From positions 15,516-79,515 of the forward strand of contig JAGCDQ010000024.1 of NCBI GenBank assembly GCA_017651245.1: 64,000 nucleotides of DNA. Reading direction: 5' to 3'. Below, piece after piece: positions 53,424 to 61,700 of this stretch; the first letter of the stretch is position 1; each line of letters begins with the position of its first letter. This DNA is from Bacteroidaceae bacterium (GTDB lineage Bacteria > Bacteroidota > Bacteroidia > Bacteroidales > Bacteroidaceae). Both the position numbers and the translations under genes were made by a program. A model generated the notes under the pieces. The model ran no database searches and was not told where the DNA came from. It worked only from the letters and a program-made list of their open reading frames with translations.

Positions 53424-55628
53424 CTAATTCAACACCAACGTCACCGTCTGCCCCTTCACCACCTTGCTGCCACTCGACACACTTTGGCTCGTCACTTTGC
53501 CTCGTCCACTCATCCTCACCTTCAAGCCTCTGCTGCTCAAGGCACAAACGGCATCCTTCGCACCCATACCCAACACATTGGGAATGATGTTCTCGCTCAC
53601 CTTGACGGGCTGGAACTCCACTTTCGAATTGCCTGTCGAAGCCAAACCCCACTCATAACCTTTTCCACCTTCCGACTTCAAGCCCAACTCATGCAACACA
53701 TATTGTGCCGACACCACATTACCATTCTTCACATCGGGCACGAATACCGCTGTTGAATCCTTCGCCAGATTGATATCGGCAGTCACATTCTTCGAATAGA
53801 TACGCTGAGCTATCTTCGAGAACACAGGACCTGCCTGACCACCACCACTTGCTACATAGTAAGCATGGCGAATGGCTACGATGCAAGTATATTTCGGATC
53901 CTCCGAAGGATAGTATCCACAGAAGCTCACCAAGTGTTCGTTGTGTCCAGCCTTATAGCCGCCACCTGTTGCCACCTGTGCCGTACCCGTCTTTCCGCTC
54001 ACATGGAAATAAGGATTTCCTGCTCGCTTTCCAAGACCATCCTTGTCATTCACCACTCGATAGAGGATGGCACGAATATCATCCAACGCCTGCTGGCGGC
54101 AGATACGTGGTTTGATGACTTCCACAGGAAACTCCTCCACCATCTCGCCATTCTTTGAGATACCCTTCACGAAGCGTGGGCGTACCATCTTTCCGTTGTT
54201 GGCAATCGCATTGTAGAAGCTCACTGTGCTGATAGGAGGAATCTGTGTTTCATATCCAATGGACATCCAAGCCAACGCTGTTGCTGACCAGTTGTCCGAC
54301 ATTCTGTAACCGCCTGTATGGTCTTTGTGAGGAGTACGGATATTCGGATTGGCTGCACCATCGAATGGCAATCCCAGCGGAGTGCCGATACCCACTCGGC
54401 GCAAGCCCTCCACAAACTTCTCTGGCTGGTTGTGATAGTATTTGTCAATGAGTTTGCTCACACCCACGTTGCTGGACACCATCAATACGTGCGGCACATC
54501 AATGGTTCCGTAGCCGCCTCTATGCCAGTTGTGGTCTTTCATCATCGCCCCATACATGTTGCAGATACCGCCACCCGTCTCCACATAATCCGTTGGTTTG
54601 ATGTATCCGTCATCGAGTGCCACCAGAATGGAAGCCGTCTTGAACGTGGAACCTGGCTCCATCAAGGCTGCCAGCGCATAGTTTCGTGCTTCATAATATT
54701 CGCCATCGTCATAGCGCATCAGGTTCACGATTGCCTTCACATCGCCCGTCTTCACTTCCATCAGCACCACCACACCCATCTCGGCATTCAGTTCATGCAG
54801 TTTCTCACGAAGCGCACTCTCGCAGATATCCTGCATGCTCACGTCGATGGTGCTTACCAAGTCATAGCCATCCACAGGCTCCTTGTCCACGATGGAGAGA
54901 TATTTCGACAGCACCTTCTTGTTGTGGACCTTACCCGGCACACCTCTCAGCAACGAGTCGTATGCCAACTCCAAACCCGAACGGGCAGAATCCTTGGCAC
55001 CAAACATCTCTCCTAATGTGCGTCGAGCCAGAGAGCCGAAAGGCTTGTTGCGATTGTTGCGCTCCTCAGCCACCATTCCGCTCCTGTTCTTATTCTTCAG
55101 GTTGAAGATAGGCAACTTCGCAATCTCATGATACTGAATGAAGTTCAGCACAGTATGCGGACACACCTCCCAATAGCGTTTGCGCTTCTCCAAACCTTCT
55201 GTCAGGTGCGATTTATATTCCTCAAAGGTGAATTTCGGACAGATTTCCACCAACCCACGACAGATGGTATCCATATTCACCATCCACATCGAATCCTTCT
55301 CTGCCAACTGCTCTGGGTCATAGATTTTCTGCTTCGGTCCTGTCCCTATCGAATCATACCACCACTCGATGCCTGAAAGGAAATCCACATAGACCTTATA
55401 GTCAGGAAGGCTGCTCGCCATCAGCTGGCCGTCAGCACTCAGGATGTTGCCTCTGTTGGGCTTCAGGAGCATCGTGTCACTCACACTCACGGCACCCACC
55501 TTCTTCCACTTCTTGTTCTCCACAGTGGCAGTCACAACAGCCTGTGCGATGATGGCGATCATCACCAAAGCTGCAATCACCACAATGCCCGTGATACGAG
55601 TGTTGATATATTTCTTGTCAAACTTCAT
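53424..55628 (-). CDS. ftsI: Penicillin-binding protein (class B transpeptidase, FtsI/PBP3-like) with a PASTA-like C-terminus
   Basis: 734 aa with an N-terminal TM. Transpeptidase motifs STFK (EPGSTFKTAS), SSN (VSSNVG) and KTGT (SGKTGTAQV). Confidence 0.9.
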   Translation of the reverse strand: MKFDKKYINTRITGIVVIAALVMIAIIAQAVVTATVENKKWKKVGAVSVSDTMLLKPNRGNILSADGQLMASSLPDYKVYVDFLSGIEWWYDSIGTGPKQKIYDPEQLAEKDSMWMVNMDTICRGLVEICPKFTFEEYKSHLTEGLEKRKRYWEVCPHTVLNFIQYHEIAKLPIFNLKNKNRSGMVAEERNNRNKPFGSLARRTLGEMFGAKDSARSGLELAYDSLLRGVPGKVHNKKVLSKYLSIVDKEPVDGYDLVSTIDVSMQDICESALREKLHELNAEMGVVVLMEVKTGDVKAIVNLMRYDDGEYYEARNYALAALMEPGSTFKTASILVALDDGYIKPTDYVETGGGICNMYGAMMKDHNWHRGGYGTIDVPHVLMVSSNVGVSKLIDKYYHNQPEKFVEGLRRVGIGTPLGLPFDGAANPNIRTPHKDHTGGYRMSDNWSATALAWMSIGYETQIPPISTVSFYNAIANNGKMVRPRFVKGISKNGEMVEEFPVEVIKPRICRQQALDDIRAILYRVVNDKDGLGKRAGNPYFHVSGKTGTAQVATGGGYKAGHNEHLVSFCGYYPSEDPKYTCIVAIRHAYYVASGGGQAGPVFSKIAQRIYSKNVTADINLAKDSTAVFVPDVKNGNVVSAQYVLHELGLKSEGGKGYEWGLASTGNSKVEFQPVKVSENIIPNVLGMGAKDAVCALSSRGLKVRMSGRGKVTSQSVSSGSKVVKGQTVTLVLN

Positions 55629-56275
55629 TGTCCTTCTGTTTTCTTAGCGTTTTCATTCCCCTCCTTCTTCTCTCCTTCTTCCTCTTTTTTCTTGTCTCTC
55701 ACTTCTTCTTTCTTCACCTCCTCGGTTGGTTCTTCGGGTGCCACCAGATCTTGCGAATCCACCAGCACCTCCTCAGGCGCCTCCTCTTCTGCCGCACTAC
55801 GTCCGTTCTGCTTCCTGATCAAGAAAGGAGGCGTGATGGAATTGTGCAACAGGCTGTCGGGAGTGCCACGAAGGGCTTTCTCCACATTCGACTGCCTCGT
55901 CAGGTTCATCAATTCACTCGACTGGGTGAGCACGTTGTACTTCACCTCCTGCAAGCGACCACGCAAACTGTCTATGAGGATTGTGTCCTGCTGACTGTCA
56001 TAACGGTTGCCCGTGTAGATAATCATCAGCAGTACACAGAACATCACAAACATGATTTGCTTCACCATGAATTTGCTCATCAGGAAATCGCCACCGAGGA
56101 TCGACTTGATCGATATTTCACCTAAGTCGTCTTGATTCTCATCGGTGAATTTTCGAATCGCCTCAATCGCTTCCTGTTCCTCTGTTTTTAGTTCATCGTC
56201 AGCCCCAAAATCACCTGGAGGGGTCATCTTCGACTCTTCCAAATCCATTTTCTGTTTTTCTTCTTTTTTCGACAT
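55625..56275 (-). CDS. ftsL: FtsL-like cell division protein with highly charged N- and C-terminal extensions
   Basis: 216 aa with a single central TM (IMFVMFCVLLMIIYTG). Conserved position between rsmH and ftsI. The Lys/Glu-rich C-terminal tail (EEVKKEEVRDKKKEEEGEKKEGNENAKK) overlaps the ftsI start by 4 nt. Confidence 0.6.
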   Translation of the reverse strand: MSKKEEKQKMDLEESKMTPPGDFGADDELKTEEQEAIEAIRKFTDENQDDLGEISIKSILGGDFLMSKFMVKQIMFVMFCVLLMIIYTGNRYDSQQDTILIDSLRGRLQEVKYNVLTQSSELMNLTRQSNVEKALRGTPDSLLHNSITPPFLIRKQNGRSAAEEEAPEEVLVDSQDLVAPEEPTEEVKKEEVRDKKKEEEGEKKEGNENAKKTEGQ

Positions 56276-56386
56276 ACAAATCTGTTGGGCTTCTTCTTAA
56301 AAAACTTTCCTTTAAATAAATAATGTGTAACTCACTTTATCGCCTTTCGTAGGCGTGGATAACCTCTGTGTTTATAAATATTATTT

Positions 56387-57307
56387 TCAGATTCTTTCTG
56401 CAATTCTTAGTTTCGCACTCCTGCTTCGAGGATTTCTTGCCATTTCCTCGTCGCTCGGAACGATGATTTGTCTGTTCACCAGACGGTATGGGGTGTTCAC
56501 TCTGCCAAAAAAGTCCTTGTCTTCCTCTCCTTCCACATTGCCCGTCTTCATCAGGTTCTTCACGATGCGGTCTTCCAACGAGTGGTATGTGATCACCACC
56601 AATCTTCCTCCCGGCTTCAGCATCTGCGTCGCCCCTTTCAGCATGTCGCGCAGGGCCTCCATCTCATGATTCACCTCAATCCTCAGCGCCTGAAACACCT
56701 TCGCCATCTCTTTCTTCTCCCTCTCGTTGCGGAAGAAAGGCTTCACGATGTCCAAGAAATCACCTATCGTCTCCACTTTCTTCGTCTGCCTTGCCTTCAC
56801 AATCGCTGAGGCTATCTTTCTGCTTTGCTTCAGTTCTCCATACAGATAGAAAACATCCGCCAACCGCTTTTCTTCATACGTGTTCACCACATCCGCTGCC
56901 GTCTTGCCTGCCCGCTGATTCATCCGCATGTCGAGCTTCCCTTCGAAACGAAACGAAAAACCTCGTTCGCTGTCGTCGAAATGATGGGAACTCACACCCA
57001 AGTCTGCCAGCAACCCGTCAATCTGCTCCACTCCATGATATTTGAGGAAATTCTTCAGGAATCGAAAATTGCTCCTCACAAACGTAAACTTCTCCGCATC
57101 AAACCCCTCCGCATTCTTCTCCGCATCGGCATCTTGGTCAAAGCTGTACAGATGCCCACCAGCACCCAATCTCGACAAGATTTCTCGGCTATGACCGCCG
57201 CCACCGAATGTTACATCCACATAGACACCACCCTCACCGATATTCAATCCATCCACACTCTCCTTCAGCAGCACCGGCACGTGATATGTCATCTCCTGTT
57301 CACCCAT
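56387..57307 (-). CDS. rsmH: 16S rRNA (cytosine1402-N4)-methyltransferase RsmH (MraW)
   Basis: HVPVLLKESVDGL and DVTFGGGGHS (SAM-binding) motifs. 306 aa, second gene of the dcw cluster. Confidence 0.93.
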   Translation of the reverse strand: MGEQEMTYHVPVLLKESVDGLNIGEGGVYVDVTFGGGGHSREILSRLGAGGHLYSFDQDADAEKNAEGFDAEKFTFVRSNFRFLKNFLKYHGVEQIDGLLADLGVSSHHFDDSERGFSFRFEGKLDMRMNQRAGKTAADVVNTYEEKRLADVFYLYGELKQSRKIASAIVKARQTKKVETIGDFLDIVKPFFRNEREKKEMAKVFQALRIEVNHEMEALRDMLKGATQMLKPGGRLVVITYHSLEDRIVKNLMKTGNVEGEEDKDFFGRVNTPYRLVNRQIIVPSDEEMARNPRSRSAKLRIAERI

Positions 57308-57327
57308 CTCGTCTCTAAACCCTCTTC

Positions 57328-57362
57328 TTTAACATCTAACCTTTAACCTCTAACCTTTAACC
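57328..57362 (-). repeat. Five GGTTARA heptamers at the mraZ-rsmH junction
   Basis: The minus strand reads GGTTAAA GGTTAGA GGTTAAA GGTTAGA TGTTAAA. The first heptamer contains the mraZ stop codon. The sense strand has a single C between the mraZ stop and the rsmH ATG. Confidence 0.85.
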
Positions 57363-57815
57363 CTTATCACCTCCAAACGCCTCTTCCAACTCACTGCCCA
57401 GGTCAGCGCTATCGTTGATGACTTCCTCAAGTGCCTGCTTGCTCCAAATCTCTATTCTGTCCACCATCGCCAGGAAACGCACATCACCCTCAATCCCCGC
57501 ATATTGCAACTTCCTCCTCGAGATGAGCAACCTGCCGTTACTATCCAGTTCCACAGGCTCCGCATCCGCTTCAAACTTTCTAAGCATCATCTGCTGCTTG
57601 CTGTTAAACTGGTTCACCTGAGCACGTAAACTGTCCAGTTGAGCATTCCATACCGATTCTGGATACAGCACCAGACATTTCTGGAACACATCGTTGCGCA
57701 GCACGAGACTCGTCTCGCCCTCCGCCTCGAGGATCTTCCTGAACTGCGCCGGCAGGAAAACCCTACCCTTCGCGTCAGTCTTTGCTCCGTAATCACCTAT
57801 GAATCGCATTGTCAT
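57357..57815 (-). CDS. mraZ: Transcriptional regulator MraZ
   Basis: 152 aa with two SpoVT/AbrB-like repeats carrying the DxxxR motifs (DAKGRVFLP and DSNGRLLIS). First gene of the dcw cluster. Confidence 0.92.
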   Translation of the reverse strand: MTMRFIGDYGAKTDAKGRVFLPAQFRKILEAEGETSLVLRNDVFQKCLVLYPESVWNAQLDSLRAQVNQFNSKQQMMLRKFEADAEPVELDSNGRLLISRRKLQYAGIEGDVRFLAMVDRIEIWSKQALEEVINDSADLGSELEEAFGGDKG

Positions 57816-57878
57816 TTTCTCGTTGTTGATAGATATTGTTTCTCAGCCGCTTTTTGAGGTCAGCCAATAAATAATGTG

Positions 57879-57886
57879 CAAATATA
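57879..57886 (-). promoter_or_regulatory. -7 promoter box (TATATTTG) for mraZ / the dcw cluster
   Basis: The reverse complement of caaatata, 64 nt upstream of the mraZ ATG (57815). Confidence 0.5.
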
Positions 57887-57910
57887 CACAAATCCCCCAC
57901 AATTCCCCAC
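57886..57910 (-). promoter_or_regulatory. Candidate MraZ operator: three direct repeats at 10-nt spacing (GTGGG, GTGGG, TGTGT)
   Basis: The minus strand reads GTGGGgaattGTGGGggattTGTGTatatt, immediately upstream of and overlapping the -7 box. Direct GTGGG-type repeats with 10-bp periodicity are the described MraZ-binding architecture. Confidence 0.55.
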
Positions 57911-58192
57911 TTTTTTATTATTTTTTTTCAAAAAAGTTATCAACACCACTGTTAATAACTATATAATTAATTGATTATATGCAAGATAATAAAATCACCC
58001 ATTTGGTGGGGGAACCTCATTTTGTAAGCCAGACTTTACAATCACCTCTCGTTTTTGCGCTTTCATCCCTCCCCCACCTTCCAACTCCTTCCTCATCCAT
58101 TCCAATTTTTGTTCCCCCACGAGAGAAAAATTGCGCTCCCGTGAGGAAAATATTTTTTCCTAACTAGGCAGCAAAAATTGTCCTTCATGGAG

Positions 58193-58246
58193 TCCGCTTG
58201 GCACTCTCTGGTAGTCCGCTTGGCTCGGGCTCCCCTTCCGCTTGGC
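58193..58246 (+). repeat. Three direct repeats of TCCGCTTGGC at exactly 22-nt spacing
   Basis: Copies start at 58193, 58215 and 58237. The block is bracketed by the inverted pair GGAGTCC (58189-58195) / GGACTCC (58249-58255). Confidence 0.8.
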
Positions 58247-58256
58247 TTGGACTCCC

Positions 58257-58340
58257 AATAACCTGCCTCTGCTGAATAATAAGCGTTCCTTATTGAACAA
58301 TAACCTGCCATTATTCAGGAATAAGTGCCACTTATTGAGA
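58257..58340 (+). repeat. Two tandem 42-nt units, each starting AATAACCTGCC and containing an AATAAG-N5-CTTATT palindrome
   Basis: Units at 58257-58298 and 58299-58340. Palindromes at 58278-58294 and 58320-58336, 42 nt apart. Confidence 0.75.
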
Positions 58341-58433
58341 AATGGTCGGCATCTGTTTGAAAAAGATTTGGGAAACTGTTAGCGTATCTGTAGGTTAGAG
58401 AGAACTATAGGTTAAGCTTGGTTTTTCAAACGC

Positions 58434-58492
58434 GAGGTAACCTTGAGGTAATCTTGAGGTAACCTTGAGGTAATCTTGAGGTAATCTTGAGG
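58434..58492 (+). repeat. 11-nt tandem repeat GAGGTAAYCTT, 5.4 copies
   Basis: GAGGTAACCTT / GAGGTAATCTT alternate from 58434 to 58488, followed by a partial GAGG. It lies 25 nt beyond the tracrRNA terminator. Confidence 0.9.
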
Positions 58493-58516
58493 CACACAAC
58501 GAGCTGATCATACATC

Positions 58517-58602
58517 AAAAAATGCCCCCGTTAAGGACGAGGGCAAAACCTGAATGTTTTCACAACGGAATAATCCTTATTGTGATTTGCTTCAAATTAG
58601 GA
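58517..58602 (-). ncRNA. Candidate tracrRNA of the type II-C system (ends approximate)
   Basis: Read on the minus strand: a TAAATTTG promoter box (58613-58606), then CCATCCTAATTTGAAGCAAATCACAA as candidate anti-repeat. A bulged hairpin follows (58585-58560), then the GC hairpin TGCCC-N13-GGGCA plus T6 (58545-58517). It lies 110 nt upstream of cas9 and is divergent from it. Confidence 0.55.
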
Positions 58603-58605
58603 TGG

Positions 58606-58613
58606 CAAATTTA
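58606..58613 (-). promoter_or_regulatory. -7 promoter box (TAAATTTG) for the candidate tracrRNA
   Basis: The reverse complement of caaattta, with a TTTG 20 nt further upstream on the minus strand (58637-58634). Confidence 0.5.
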
Positions 58614-58666
58614 CTACGTTTTTTGAATTTCTCCAAATTTTTCTTGACAAAATCATTGCTTTTCCG

Positions 58667-58674
58667 TAATTTTG
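58667..58674 (+). promoter_or_regulatory. -7 promoter box (TAATTTTG) for cas9
   Basis: TAATTTTG lies 39 nt upstream of the cas9 ATG, with TTGACA 21 nt upstream (58643-58648). It is back to back with the tracrRNA promoter. Confidence 0.5.
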
Positions 58675-58712
58675 GCGTCAAATAACTTCAGATTAGAAAA
58701 ACCAAAACCATT

Positions 58713-61700
58713 ATGAAAAAGATTTTAGGTCTCGATTTAGGAACAACAAGCATTGGTTGGGCTGTAGTGAATGAAGCCACAAACAATGAAGAAAAATCAT
58801 CCATTGTCAAGTTGGGCGTTCGTGTGAATCCGCTAACTGTTGATGAACAGACCAACTTCGAAAAAGGCAGACCCATCACAACTAATGCCGATAGAACTTT
58901 GAAGCGTAGTATGCGTCGCAATTTACAGCGTTATAAACTACGTAGAGAGAACTTGATAAATTGTTTGAAAGAGCATGGCTTTATCAATAACGATTCCATC
59001 TTATGCGAGAATGGTAATAGAACCACCTTCGAGACCTATCGTCTTCGTGCTAAAGCAGCAACCGAAAAGATTAGTTTACAAGAACTGGCACGTGTTCTCC
59101 TAATGATTAACAAGAAACGTGGTTACAAAAGTAGCCGAAAGGCAAAATCCACTGATGAAGGCGAACTTGTGGATGGGATGACTGTTGCTAAAACACTCTA
59201 TGAAGAAAACCTTACTCCCGGACAATACTCACTCCAGCTTCTTCGTAACGGAAAGAAATATCTTCCTGATTATTACCAATCGGATCTTCATGCCGAGATG
59301 CTAAGAATATGGTACAAACAACAGACATTCTATCCTGACATCTTGACACCAGATTTCATGAAAGCGCTTGAAGGTAAAAGCAAATCGAACACCTCCAAAA
59401 TTTTCTATGCACGTTTTGGCATTCACACTGCTGACAATAAAAGCAAAGACAAAAAACAACAAGCATACAAATGGCGTGTTGATGCCTTAAACCGACGATT
59501 AACTATTGAAGAAGTCGCATACGTTATTAGCGACCTGAACGGACTCATCAACGGTTCAAGTGGTTATTTGGGGAGAATCAGTGACAGAAGTAAAAATTTG
59601 TACTTCAACAAGCAAACCGTCGGGCAGTATCTGATGCAGGAATTAGATAAGAATCCTAACTACAGCTTGAAAAACTCCGTCTTTTATCGGCAGGACTATC
59701 TTGATGAATTTGAGGTCATTTGGAACACACAATCCAAATATCACCCAGAACTCACGCCAGAATTAAAGAAAGAACTTGGCAACATTATCATCTTCTACCA
59801 ACGTCCTTTGAAAAGTCAAAAAGGCTTGGTGGCAATTTGTGAACTGGAGAATGAGCAACGAGAAGTAGAAGTGGATGGCGTCAAGAAACTTATCACAATA
59901 GGATGCAAAGTTTGCCCTAAATCCTCACCCCTGTTTCAAGAGTTCCGTATGTGGCAACGCCTGAATGACATTGTAATCTATTATTCCAATGCAACGCCCG
60001 ACTTTTTCGGAAATGGTAGAGCCACTAAGCGGCGTTTGACAGAAGAAGAGATGAACACCCTTGCCTTTGAGTTAAGCATTAAAGGCAAAATGACCAAACA
60101 GCAAATGCTGAAGTGCCTGTTTGGCAAGACAGCAGGACTTGACATGAACTTCAAGGACATAGACGGCAACGAGACGCAAGCCAAATTGTTCGAAGCCTAC
60201 CTCAAAATTATAGAAATGACAGGACATGAAGGATATGATTCAGCCAAGTTAAATGCTTCTCAAATTTTAGATGTTGTTGAAAAAGTTTTCACAGGATTAG
60301 GTTTCAACACAGCACCACTCTATTTCGATGCCTCCATTAAAGGGAAGCAATTCGACAAACAGCCCATGTACCAGTTGTGGCATCTGCTCTATTCTTATGA
60401 AGGTGATAATTCCAAAACAGGTGACAATAGTTTGATCAAGAAAATACGGGATATCTTCAATTTCGACAACGATGACTATGCCAAAGCCATTGCTGCAGTT
60501 TCATTCAAACCCGATTATGGCAGTCTCTGTGCAAAGGCAATTCGCAATCTTCTCCCAATCATGAAAAAAGGAATTGACTACAGCGAAGCCTGCAAATCAG
60601 AATATGGTACCCATTCTAAACGTTCGCTGACGAAAGAAGAACTTGATCAAAAAGAAATGAAAGACTATCTGGACTTGTTGCCCAAGAATAGCCTTCGGAA
60701 TCCAGTTGTTGAGAAGATTCTGAATCAGATGATAAACGTGGTAAATGAAGTAGTCGCAACATATGGTCCCATTGACGAAATCCGCATTGAGATGGCTCGC
60801 AAATTGAAGAAAAGTGCTAAAGAACGTGAGAGAGAGACCAATAAAATCAATACGACGACTGCTGATCACGAAAAAATCAAGAAGATTCTTCAAGCTGCAC
60901 CGTTCAATATAGAACATGTAAGCCATAACGACATTATACGGTACAAATTATATGAAGAACTAAAAGAGAATGGCTATAAAACCCTTTATTCTAACAAGTA
61001 TATTCCCAAAGAAAAATTATTCAGTCGTGAGATTGACATAGAGCATATCATACCACAGGCGCGTTTGTTCGATGATTCTTTCTCAAACAAAACGCTGGAA
61101 TGGCGTAGCATCAATCAAGAGAAAAGTAATGCTACAGCTTTCGACTATGTAAAAGGAAAATATGGAGAAGCTGGGGCAAAGGAATACAAACAACGTGTTG
61201 ACGAATTACGCAAGCAGGAAGTTATCAGCAAGGTCAAACATGCCTATTTGTTGATGTCAGTAGATGATATTCCAAGCAACATTCTTAAGAGAGAACTAAA
61301 CGACACACAATATATCGCAAGGAAAGCACGTGAGATATTGGAGCAGATCGTCAGAATCGTTGTGCCAACAACTGGTAAAATCACAAAGCGGCTACGAGAA
61401 GATTGGCAGTTAGTGAATGTCATGCAAGAACTAAACTATCCCAAGTATGAGAAATTAGGATTGGCTGAAACATTCGAAAAAGAATGGACAAAGCGTAACG
61501 ACCACCGACATCATGCAATGGACGCATTGACTATTGCTTTCACGAAACAGAGCATTATTCAATATTTAAATAATTTGAATGCACGAAGTGATAAATCAAG
61601 TAGCATCTACGGTATTGAGCAGAACGAACTGTATCGTGACAAACATGGAACTCTTAGATTTTTACCACCAATCCCATTGGATGAATTCCGAACAGAAGCC

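Noticed and set aside
57880-57995. AT-rich stretch with near-DnaA-box words (TTATCAACA at 57948-57956, ATATACACA at 57882-57890) as a possible oriC, given the phased repeats nearby.
   Set aside because: There are only two single-mismatch boxes, no dnaA or dnaN nearby, and the words overlap the mraZ promoter/operator. The evidence is insufficient, and the region is more simply a divergent promoter region plus acquired DNA.
57979-58311. Small ORFs 57979-58167(+) and 58093-58311(-) in the mraZ-cas9 spacer, considered as possible anti-CRISPR or regulator genes.
   Set aside because: They overlap each other on opposite strands, run through repeat arrays, have Pro/Ser-rich low-complexity translations, and have no promoter box in front.
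58434-58492. Possibility that the 11-nt tandem repeat or the 42-nt duplicated units upstream of cas9 are a (degenerate) CRISPR array.
   Set aside because: The repeats are contiguous with no intervening unique spacers, and the units are far shorter than, or unlike, type II repeats. The real array is expected downstream of cas2, outside the window.
61030-61130. Cas9 HNH motif D-I-E-H instead of D-x-D-H as a sign of an inactivated nuclease.
   Set aside because: The catalytic His and the downstream Asn (NKTLEW...N) are retained, and Glu is a conservative replacement for the metal-coordinating Asp. There is no evidence of inactivation.
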